From: Candidatus Rokuibacteriota bacterium
GTDB lineage: Bacteria; Methylomirabilota; Methylomirabilia; Rokubacteriales; CSP1-6
Length of the DNA: 33,198 nt
Reading direction: 5' to 3'
Assembly: GCA_050731995.1 (NCBI GenBank)
Contig: JBOHQB010000074.1
Location: forward strand, 1-33,198
The notes under the pieces were generated by a model. It ran no database searches, was not told the DNA's origin, and saw only the letters and a list, made by a program, of their open reading frames with translations. Each line of letters starts with the position of its first letter. Within the stretch, counting starts at the first letter, position 1. The position numbers were made by a program, and so were the translations under genes. Below are positions 1 to 7,257 of the stretch, one piece after another.

Positions 1-1374
1 AACAACATGCTCGAGCACATCTACGACCGGCTGCTCGACCGGGATCCAAAGACGTTCAAGCCGAAGCCGATGCTGGCGGAGAGCTGGCGGATCGTCAACG
101 ACACGACGTGGGAGTTCAAGCTCCGCAAGGGCGTGAAGTTCCACAACGGCGAGGTCTTCACCGCGGCCTCGGTCAAGGCCACGCTCGACTACGCGCTCGA
201 TCCCGCCACCAAGAGCCACTTCGCGGCGGGAGCATACTGGGGCCTCGTCAAGGAGGTCCAGGTCGTCGACGACTACACGGTGCGTTTCGTCACCAAGCAG
301 CCGTGGCCGAACATGATCGACAGCGCCTCGCTGACGAACTCCCTCATGATGCCGGCCAAGGCCCTCAAGGAGCTCGGGCCGGCGAAGCTCGCGGAAAAGC
401 CGATCGGCACGGGACCGTTCCGCTTCGTCGAGTGGAAGCGCGACGAGCGCCTCGTGCTCGAGCGGAATCCGGACTACTGGCAGGGGGCGGCCGACGCGAG
501 CCGCGTGACCTTCCGCTTCATCCCCGAGTTCAGCTCGCGCATGGCCGCGCTGCTCTCGGGGGAGATCGACGTCATGAAGGACGTGCCGCCCCACGCCGCC
601 GAAGCCGTCGAGAAGAGCGGGCGCGCGCGGCTTCGCGCCACGGTGTCCTCTCGGATCAACTATCTCGCGCTCGTGAATCTGAAACCCGGCCCCATGCAGG
701 ACGTGCGCGTGCGGCGGGCGATGAACCACGCCGTGGACGTGGACGAGCTGATCAAGCAGGTGCTCAAGGGTCGCGCGACGCGCATGTGCGGTCCGCTGTC
801 GCCCGCCAACGTGGACTACGGCCCGGCGGAATGCTACAAGCACGACCCGGCGCGCGCCCAGGCGCTCTTCAAGGAAGCCGGCGTCGACCCCACGAAGCTC
901 ACGCTCACCCTCGACAGCCCTTCGGGGCGCTATCCGCTCGACAAGGACGTGTCGCTCGCGATCGCGGCGCAGCTCCAGCGGCTCGGCATCAAGGCCACCG
1001 TCGTCGTCAACGAGTGGGGAACGCACCTCGACAAGATCAAGAACCGGAATACGGGCGATATGTTCTTCCTCGGCTGGGGGCCGGCGCTGCACGGCCAGGG
1101 CACGATCCATCCGCTTTTCCTCGCGGACCAGACCTACTCGTCCTACGGCAACAACCCGGTGCTCAACGACAAGATCGCGCGCGCCGGCACGCTGCTCGAT
1201 CCCAAGGCGCGCGCGGAGGCCTACGCGGAATTGCAACGGCTGGTTCGCGACGAGGCGCCGTGGGTGTTCCTCTGGCAGCAGCACGACCTCTACGGCGTCG
1301 CGCAGACGGTCGAGTGGACGCCGCGCGCCGACGAGAAGATGTGGATGTACGAAGCCAGGATCGTGGCGCAATAG
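1..1374 (+). CDS. ABC transporter periplasmic substrate-binding protein, family 5 (peptide/nickel/opine type); 5' end cut by window edge
   Basis: The frame is open from nt 1 (NNMLEHIYDRLLDRDPKTFKPKPMLAESW...). Collinear family-5 SBP blocks are present (LAESW, KGVKFHNGE, ERNPDYW, FFLGWG). No signal peptide is present, so the true N-terminus lies upstream. Stop at 1372-1374. Confidence 0.85.
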   Translation, partial: NNMLEHIYDRLLDRDPKTFKPKPMLAESWRIVNDTTWEFKLRKGVKFHNGEVFTAASVKATLDYALDPATKSHFAAGAYWGLVKEVQVVDDYTVRFVTKQPWPNMIDSASLTNSLMMPAKALKELGPAKLAEKPIGTGPFRFVEWKRDERLVLERNPDYWQGAADASRVTFRFIPEFSSRMAALLSGEIDVMKDVPPHAAEAVEKSGRARLRATVSSRINYLALVNLKPGPMQDVRVRRAMNHAVDVDELIKQVLKGRATRMCGPLSPANVDYGPAECYKHDPARAQALFKEAGVDPTKLTLTLDSPSGRYPLDKDVSLAIAAQLQRLGIKATVVVNEWGTHLDKIKNRNTGDMFFLGWGPALHGQGTIHPLFLADQTYSSYGNNPVLNDKIARAGTLLDPKARAEAYAELQRLVRDEAPWVFLWQQHDLYGVAQTVEWTPRADEKMWMYEARIVAQ

Positions 1375-1381
1375 ACGAGCG

Positions 1382-2617
1382 ATGAGCCTCACGGTCTTCA
1401 CCGACGCGTTCCTCATCGACTGCACGGGCGCGGATCCGATCGAGGCCGCCGCGGTCGTCGTCGAGGACGACCGGATCGAGGACGTCCTGCCTAACGGGAA
1501 GGTCGGTCCGCTGCCGGGGCCGGTCACGACCGTGGACTGCAAGGGCATGACGCTCATGCCGGGACTCACCGACGCCCACGTCCACATCTGCGCCGTCACC
1601 GAGAACATCACGGACCAGCACCGGTATTTCCCGCCGTCGTACATCGCGGCGCGCGCGATGCGACGGGCCGAGGAGTGCCTGATGCAGGGGTTCACCACGG
1701 TGCGCGACGCCGGCGGCGCCGACTACGGCTTCCGACAGGTCCTCGAGGAGGGCCACTTTCCGGGGCCGCGCCTGCTCGTCTCCGGCCGCTACATCTCCCA
1801 GACCGGCGGCCACGGCGACAAGCGCCGCCGCGCCGAGTGGGTGGACCCGATCGACTGCTGCGTCGGCATGATCGGCTTCATCGCCGACGGGCCCGACGCG
1901 GTGCGTCGGGCCACCCGCGAGAACATTCGTCGCGACGTGGACCAGATCAAGATCATGGCCTCGGGCGGCGCGATGTCGCCCTCGGACGAGCTCGACACGA
2001 CGCAGTTCACGGTCGCCGAGATGCGCGCCGCCGTCGAGGAAGCCCAGGCCGTTGGCAAGTACGTACTCTCGCACGCGTACTCCGACACCGCCGTGCGCAA
2101 GGCGATCGAGGCCGGCGTGCGCTCGATCGAGCACGGCAACCTGATCCGTGAAGCGGCGGCCAAGGCGATCAAGGACGCGGACGCGTTCCTCGTGCCGACC
2201 ATGGTGACCTACGAGGCGATCTACCGCGAGGGCAAGCGCTACGGCATCGGCGACCACCAGATCGCCAAGATCGACCTGGCGCGCCAGCAGTCGGTGCAGG
2301 GACTCACCTACGCCTACAAGGCCGGCTGCAAGATCGGCTCGGGCTCCGATCTGCTGGGCGACATGGCGAGCCAGCGCGCCGTCGAGTTCGAGCTGAAGGC
2401 GCAGGTGATGAAGCCGATGGAGGTGCTGCTCTCGGCGACGAAGGTCAACGCCGAGCTGTTCAGGATGCAAGACCGGATCGGAACGGTGGAGCCCGGGAAG
2501 TACGCCGACCTGATCCTCGTCGAGGGCAACCCGCTGAAGACCCTCCGAGTCTTCCAGGCCCCCGACAATCTCAAGGTCATCATGAAGGGCGGGCGCTTCT
2601 ACAAGCGGACGGTGTGA
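1382..2617 (+). CDS. Metal-dependent amidohydrolase family protein
   Basis: 411 aa. N-terminal beta-sandwich followed by the PGLTDAHVHI (HxH metal-binding) motif. Later H and D ligand blocks are present (SHAYS, IEHGN, GSGSD). Starts 7 nt after the upstream stop. Confidence 0.85.
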   Translation: MSLTVFTDAFLIDCTGADPIEAAAVVVEDDRIEDVLPNGKVGPLPGPVTTVDCKGMTLMPGLTDAHVHICAVTENITDQHRYFPPSYIAARAMRRAEECLMQGFTTVRDAGGADYGFRQVLEEGHFPGPRLLVSGRYISQTGGHGDKRRRAEWVDPIDCCVGMIGFIADGPDAVRRATRENIRRDVDQIKIMASGGAMSPSDELDTTQFTVAEMRAAVEEAQAVGKYVLSHAYSDTAVRKAIEAGVRSIEHGNLIREAAAKAIKDADAFLVPTMVTYEAIYREGKRYGIGDHQIAKIDLARQQSVQGLTYAYKAGCKIGSGSDLLGDMASQRAVEFELKAQVMKPMEVLLSATKVNAELFRMQDRIGTVEPGKYADLILVEGNPLKTLRVFQAPDNLKVIMKGGRFYKRTV

Positions 2618-2665
2618 TCGGCGATCCTACGGCCTCCCCTCGACCCCCGCAAGACGATCCAAACG

Positions 2666-2693
2666 CAGACAGATGTTAGAGAAATGATAGACT
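2666..2693 (+). promoter_or_regulatory. Candidate sigma70-type promoter (extended -10 TGaTAGACT) for the plus-strand operon; would give a leaderless GTG start at 2701
   Basis: Sits in the only AT-enriched stretch between 2618 and 2700. tgaTAGACT lies at 2685-2693, 7 nt before the GTG at 2701. A weak -35-like cAGACA lies at 2666-2671 (16-nt spacer). No Shine-Dalgarno sequence. Confidence 0.3.
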
Positions 2694-2700
2694 CGCCGGC

Positions 2701-3483
2701 GTGACGACGAGCCATCGCGAGCAGATCCTCGACCAGTTCACGCGCCAGGCGGCGCCCTTCTCGACCGCGCCGTCGATCAAGGACGAGGCGGCGCTCCGGC
2801 TGATCGTCGAGTTCGGCGGCGCCACCGCCGACGACACCGTGCTCGACGTGGCGTGCGGCGGGGGTCTCGTCGTCTGCGCGTTTGCCCGCGTCGTCCGCCA
2901 CGCGACCGGCATCGACATCACGCCGGCGATGCTCGACCGCGCGCGCGCTCACGCCGCGGAGGCCGGGCTGACCAACGTCGCGTGGCGCCAGGGCGACGTG
3001 CTGCCGCTCCCCTGGCCGGACGCGTCGTTCTCGATCGTCACCTCACGCTTCGCCTTCCATCACCTCGAAGACCCCCGCGCGGCCCTCGCCGAGATGCGCC
3101 GTGTCTGCGTCCCGGGCGGGACGGTCATGGTCATCGACAGCGCGCCGGCGACCGACAAGGCCGACGCCTTCAACGCCGTGGAGCGGTTGCGCGACCCATC
3201 ACACGTGCGCGCCATGCCTCTCGAGGAGCTACGCGCGCTGTTCAGCGCGGTCGGTCTTCCCGACCCGCGTGTCACGTCCTATCGCCTCGAGGGAGAGCTG
3301 GACGGGCTCCTGTCGCGCTCCTTCCCGCGCCGGGAGGACGTTCCGACGCTCCGCCGCCTGTTCGAGGACTCGCTCGCCGACGACCGTCTCGGCATCGCGG
3401 CCCGGCGCGACGGCAACCGCATCCGCTACGGCTACCCCGTGGCGGTGCTCGCCGCCACGCGAACCCGCACGCGAACGGAGTGA
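2701..3483 (+). CDS. Class I SAM-dependent methyltransferase (Methyltransf_11/UbiE-like)
   Basis: 260 aa with a GTG start. SAM motif I VLDVACGGG, plus downstream motif blocks (GDVLPLPWPDASFSIV, PGGTVMVID). Confidence 0.8.
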   Translation: MTTSHREQILDQFTRQAAPFSTAPSIKDEAALRLIVEFGGATADDTVLDVACGGGLVVCAFARVVRHATGIDITPAMLDRARAHAAEAGLTNVAWRQGDVLPLPWPDASFSIVTSRFAFHHLEDPRAALAEMRRVCVPGGTVMVIDSAPATDKADAFNAVERLRDPSHVRAMPLEELRALFSAVGLPDPRVTSYRLEGELDGLLSRSFPRREDVPTLRRLFEDSLADDRLGIAARRDGNRIRYGYPVAVLAATRTRTRTE

Positions 3484-3486
3484 GCG

Positions 3487-3795
3487 ATGGGACGGATCGT
3501 GATCGCCGTCGTCTGCGTGCTGCTGATCGTCGTCGGGTGGCGTGCCCCGCGCTACCGCTCGCTCGCCGTCGGCGCGACAGGCGTGCTCATCTTCCTCACT
3601 TCGGTCCTCGCGTGGCGCTTCCTCATCCACTCGGAGACGATCTCCCTAGACCGGCTGCTCGGCCGATACTGGCTCTCCACGATCGACGTCCCAACGCACC
3701 TGCTCGTCTTCTTCGGCCCACCGGCCGTCTTCACCGCGCTGGTCTTCCTGCTCTTCGGCAAGCACATCACGCCGCCCGCGGCGGATGACGAGTAG
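3487..3795 (+). CDS. Small hypothetical integral membrane protein (about 3 predicted TM segments)
   Basis: 102 aa with GC3-rich codons. Hydrophobic runs IVIAVVCVLLIVVGW, VGATGVLIFLTSVLAW and LLVFFGPPAVFTALVFLLF. Starts 3 nt after the methyltransferase stop and overlaps dus by 11 nt. Confidence 0.55.
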   Translation: MGRIVIAVVCVLLIVVGWRAPRYRSLAVGATGVLIFLTSVLAWRFLIHSETISLDRLLGRYWLSTIDVPTHLLVFFGPPAVFTALVFLLFGKHITPPAADDE

Positions 3796-4690
3796 CCTCG
3801 ACCTCAGGCTGGCGCCGATGGCCGGCGTCACGAACGCGCCCTTCCGTCTCGTGGCGCGCGAGTGCGGCGCCGGCCTCCTGACGAGTGAAGAGATCGATGC
3901 GCGCGCCCTCGTGAGGGAGAGCGCCCACACGCGCGAGCTGGCGCGCTTCCTGCCGGGGGAGCGTCCGCTCGCGATGCAGCTGCTCGGCGCGGACCCCGAC
4001 GTCCTCGCCGATGCCGCACGCATGCTCGAGGCCGCGGGCGCCGACGCGATCGACCTCAACATGGGCTGCCCGGTGGCGAAGATCGTCGCCAAGGGTCAGG
4101 GCGCGGCGCTCATGCTCGACCCGCTTCAGGCCGCGGTGATCTTCCGCACGCTCCGCAAGGCCGTGTCCGTCGACTTCACGATCAAGATCCGGGGCGGCTG
4201 GGACGAGCGCGTCGTCAACGCCGTGGAGATCGCGCGCATCGCCGAAGGCGAGGGCGTGGACGCGATCACCGTGCACCCGCGCACGCGCTCGCAGCAGTTC
4301 ACGGGCCGGGCGCCGTGGGAGATCATCGCCGCCGTCGTGGACGCCGTCGCGATCCCCGTCGTCGGCAACGGCGACGTCCGGAGCCACGCCGACGCCGCCC
4401 TCATGGTCGCGGCGACGGGCTGCGCCGCTGTGATGATCGGGCGAGGCGCGCTCGGCGCGCCCTGGATCTTCCGGGGCGAGGACGTCCCCCGCGAGGAGCG
4501 GGCCGGGATCATCCGCCGCCACTGCGCGCTCATCGAGATCCACCTGCCTGCCCGCCTGGCGCTCGTCCAGCTCAAGAAGCACCTGGCGTGGTATTCCTCG
4601 GGACTGGCGGGCTCGGCGGCTGCGCGCGAGCGTCTCTTCCAGGCGGCGACACCCGGCGAGGTCTACGAGATCTTCTGGTCGCTCTGGTGA
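3785..4690 (+). CDS. dus: tRNA-dihydrouridine synthase (Dus family FMN oxidoreductase)
   Basis: 301 aa. LAPMAGVTNAPFRL N-terminal motif, IDLNMGCPV catalytic-Cys motif, ITVHPRT block, and a C-terminal helical domain. Confidence 0.85.
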   Translation: MTSSLDLRLAPMAGVTNAPFRLVARECGAGLLTSEEIDARALVRESAHTRELARFLPGERPLAMQLLGADPDVLADAARMLEAAGADAIDLNMGCPVAKIVAKGQGAALMLDPLQAAVIFRTLRKAVSVDFTIKIRGGWDERVVNAVEIARIAEGEGVDAITVHPRTRSQQFTGRAPWEIIAAVVDAVAIPVVGNGDVRSHADAALMVAATGCAAVMIGRGALGAPWIFRGEDVPREERAGIIRRHCALIEIHLPARLALVQLKKHLAWYSSGLAGSAAARERLFQAATPGEVYEIFWSLW

Positions 4691-5136
4691 ACGGGCAGCG
4701 GTGGTTCGAGGACTTCAAGATCGGCGAACGTTTCGCGAGCCCGTCGAAGACGCTGACCGACGCTCACTTCCTCTTCTTCGCCGGCATGACCGGCGACGCC
4801 CACCCCATCCACTATGACGACGAGTACGCGAAGAAGACGCGCTTCGGCCGGCGGCTCGCCCACGGGTTCCTACTGACGTCGCTCACCGCGGTCGGCGCGT
4901 CCACGCTGGCGCCGGTCATCGAGGACTCGATCGTCGCCTTCGTCGAGGCTACGACACGCTTCCGCGCTCCGGCCTTCATCGGCGACACGCTCAAGCCCGA
5001 GCACGAGATCGTCGGGCTCGAACGCAAGCGCTCGGCGGGCCTGCTCACGCTGCGCGTCACCCTCACCAACCAGCGCGGCGAGACGGTCCTCGGGGGCGAG
5101 CACAAGTATCTGATCGCGTATCGCTCGGGCGCATGA
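4687..5136 (+). CDS. MaoC-like (R)-specific enoyl-CoA hydratase / hotdog-fold dehydratase
   Basis: The listed ORF 4315..5136 has an Arg/Pro-rich non-coding-looking N-terminus. An in-frame GTG at 4687 overlaps the dus stop (GTGA). From there the product VNGQRWFEDFKIGERF...GDAHPIHYDDEYAKKTRFGRRLAHGF is a typical single hotdog of 149 aa. Confidence 0.75.
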   Translation: MNGQRWFEDFKIGERFASPSKTLTDAHFLFFAGMTGDAHPIHYDDEYAKKTRFGRRLAHGFLLTSLTAVGASTLAPVIEDSIVAFVEATTRFRAPAFIGDTLKPEHEIVGLERKRSAGLLTLRVTLTNQRGETVLGGEHKYLIAYRSGA

Positions 5137-6458
5137 CCTGGGCGGTCCTGGCCGCGCTCGTCCTCTTCCTCGTTGCCGCGCCGGCCGTCGCCGAGGAGCC
5201 ATCGTGGAGGCTCGCCGACTACGGGCTCAAGGGTCAGCTGATTTACAAGAACTTCACGTATTTCTCCGAGACGTCGACGGACCCGCAGAAGGTCGTCGAC
5301 GAGGGCATCTTCCAACTCGAGTGGGCGCGTCGTTGGGGCGCGTGGGGCTCCAGCAAGCTCGTTGTGGAGGCGCGCGGCGACGACATCGGCTTCACGCGCG
5401 GGCTGACCTTTCAGATTCCCGAGACGGCCCTGCGACGAAGCTACCTCGCGGTGAAGGAGTCGACCTTCGCAGTGCGCGGCGGGCCGCTCGAGGTGACGCT
5501 GGGCAAGCAGATTTTTGCGTGGGGCGCCGCCGACGCGAACAACCCCACCGACCGGATCAACCCCTACGACTATCTCGACCCGTTCGACAACGAGAAGATG
5601 GGCCTGTGGTCCGCGGCGGCCCGCCTCACCGTCGGGCCCGCCAGCCTGGTCTTCGTGACCGTGCCGTTCTTCACGCCCAGCCGGCTGCCTCTCGCGAGGA
5701 GCCGCTGGATCCCCGAGGCGCCGCCCGGCTTCAACGCGGTGGTCGACCATCCCGTGCGGCCCGACCAGGACGCCGGCGCCACCCAGTACGCCGCCCGGCT
5801 CCGGACGACCGTGGCGGGCTGGGACGTCTCGGTCAGCTACTACGACGGCTTCGCCCACACCCCCGCGTTCCGGCAGTCGGTCATCGCCGTCGCTCCGGGC
5901 GTGTTCCTGCCACGCCTCACGCCCGTGTTCACGCGCGAGAAAGACGCGGGCCTCGACTTCTCGACCACGATCGGTCGATTCGAGATCCACAGCGAGGGCG
6001 TCTTCCGCTTCGTCGTGTCCAACGGCCGCGACGACCGCTTTCAGGGGATCGCCGGCATCAACTACACGCAGGACGTCGGCCTCCGCTGGCTGGACCAGAT
6101 CGTCCTTGTGCTCGAGTACGCGCGCGAAACGGTGCTGCGTCACATCCGCCATTCCGGGATCATCGACAACCAGAACGCGCCGCTGATCGGCGCGCTCCTG
6201 GCCGACGAGGCGTTTCGCGATGCGGTCGTCGGACGGATCCAGGTCAAGCTCACGGAGGACACGGTGCTGAAGCTGAGCGGCATCGCCGATCTCAGCGGGC
6301 CCCCAAGCCACTACATCCAGTTCAAGGCCACGCACCGGATCACCGACGCCCTCCACGTCGAGGCCGGGCTGGACTTCATGACCGGAACCCGCGACACTTT
6401 CTTCGGCCGCTGGGGGGACAACGATCGGTTCTTCCTCATGCTCCGCTATCTGTTCTGA
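5133..6458 (+). CDS. Putative outer-membrane beta-barrel protein (DUF1302-like / lipid-export associated)
   Basis: 441 aa. Signal peptide MTWAVLAALVLFLVAAPAVA-EE. Alternating beta-strand pattern. LTLGKQIFAWGAADANNPTDRINPYD block. C-terminal LMLRYLF with a terminal Phe (OMP signature). ATGA overlap with the maoC-like stop. Confidence 0.6.
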   Translation: MTWAVLAALVLFLVAAPAVAEEPSWRLADYGLKGQLIYKNFTYFSETSTDPQKVVDEGIFQLEWARRWGAWGSSKLVVEARGDDIGFTRGLTFQIPETALRRSYLAVKESTFAVRGGPLEVTLGKQIFAWGAADANNPTDRINPYDYLDPFDNEKMGLWSAAARLTVGPASLVFVTVPFFTPSRLPLARSRWIPEAPPGFNAVVDHPVRPDQDAGATQYAARLRTTVAGWDVSVSYYDGFAHTPAFRQSVIAVAPGVFLPRLTPVFTREKDAGLDFSTTIGRFEIHSEGVFRFVVSNGRDDRFQGIAGINYTQDVGLRWLDQIVLVLEYARETVLRHIRHSGIIDNQNAPLIGALLADEAFRDAVVGRIQVKLTEDTVLKLSGIADLSGPPSHYIQFKATHRITDALHVEAGLDFMTGTRDTFFGRWGDNDRFFLMLRYLF

Positions 6459-6468
6459 TGGAGGGCTC

Positions 6469-7257
6469 ATGAGGCACGCTCCGAAGCGAGTCCTTCTGTG
6501 CGCCGTCGCGCTCGCCCTGTTCGTGCCGGCGCCGGCCGTGGCCCAGTCCGGCCTCGACATCATGAAGCGCCAGCGCGAGCTCCAGCGGGTCCGTGACGAG
6601 GAGGAGCGCCAGGTCCTCAAGCTCGTCAGCAAATCGGGGGCGTCCAAGGAGCGTAGGCTCGTGCGCTACACGCTGACCGGTTCCGGCGACCTCGACAAGA
6701 TCCTGGTCCGGTTCCAGGCGCCGCGTGACGTCGAGAACACCGCGCTGCTCACCTGGGAGGCCAAGGACGGCAACGACGACCAGTGGCTCTACCTGCCGTC
6801 GATCAAGAAGCCGAAGCGCATCGCGGCGAGCGGTAAGAAGAACCGCTTCATGGGCACGGATTTCGCCTTCGAGGACCTCCGGCCCGAGAACCTCACGGTC
6901 CACGCCTACGCCCTGACGGGCTCCGAGACGCTCGACGGGGTCGACTGCTTCGTCATCGACGCGACGCCATCGACGGAGCGCCAGGCGGCCGACAGCGGGT
7001 ACAGCCGACGCAAGATATGGATCCGCAAGGACACCCACGTCACTCTCAAGCGCGAGTTCTACGACAGGCAGGGCCGGCTCGAGAAGGTCGAGACCCACAG
7101 AAAGCTCGTGAACCAGAGCGGCAGCGTCTGGCGCGCCAACGAAGTCGAGATGAGCGACGTGCAGAACGGCACCCGCACGCTGGTGACCGTGGAATCGCGC
7201 GTCATCAATCAGGGGCTGAAGGACGATTTCTTCACGGAAGCTGAGCTGATTCGTTGA
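6469..7257 (+). CDS. Outer-membrane lipoprotein-sorting (LolA-like) periplasmic protein
   Basis: 262 aa. Signal peptide ending AVAQS. Characteristic DQWLYLPSIKKPKRIAASGKKNRFMGTDFAFEDL block of the LolA-like family that accompanies COG1033-type RND exporters. GGAGGG SD lies upstream. Confidence 0.8.
   Translation: MRHAPKRVLLCAVALALFVPAPAVAQSGLDIMKRQRELQRVRDEEERQVLKLVSKSGASKERRLVRYTLTGSGDLDKILVRFQAPRDVENTALLTWEAKDGNDDQWLYLPSIKKPKRIAASGKKNRFMGTDFAFEDLRPENLTVHAYALTGSETLDGVDCFVIDATPSTERQAADSGYSRRKIWIRKDTHVTLKREFYDRQGRLEKVETHRKLVNQSGSVWRANEVEMSDVQNGTRTLVTVESRVINQGLKDDFFTEAELIR

Noticed and set aside
1-1374. Family-5 substrate-binding protein as a periplasmic sterol-binding (BstB-like) component
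   Set aside because: It is truncated and looks like an ordinary peptide/opine-type SBP. An amidohydrolase and a probable promoter at ~2690 separate it from the export module. I cannot verify similarity to BstB from memory.
2618-2700. AT-richer 83-nt intergenic stretch as a possible small RNA or tRNA
   Set aside because: I could find no cloverleaf or stable stem structure. The length and content fit a promoter region better.
2701-3483. Methyltransferase as a sterol C-24 or C-4 methyltransferase
   Set aside because: At 260 aa it is a generic Methyltransf_11/UbiE-like protein. It lacks the length and the ERG6/SMT-type conserved blocks I would expect. Operon membership is the only link.
4812-6647. 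Long antisense or alternative-frame ORFs throughout the window. Examples: 1163-2470(-), 4812-6647(-), 7209-8909(-), 8943-10034(-), 9829-11373(-), 11425-13296(+), 13293-14552(+), 15607-17250(+), 16677-17936(+), 21017-22225(+), 22214-23269(-), 26519-28504(-), 27738-28910(-), 29976-31280(-)
   Set aside because: They are typical shadow ORFs of very GC-rich DNA. Their translations are Arg/Ala/Gly/Pro/His/Asp-rich with no recognisable motifs. Each lies opposite or out of frame with a gene that has clear family signatures.
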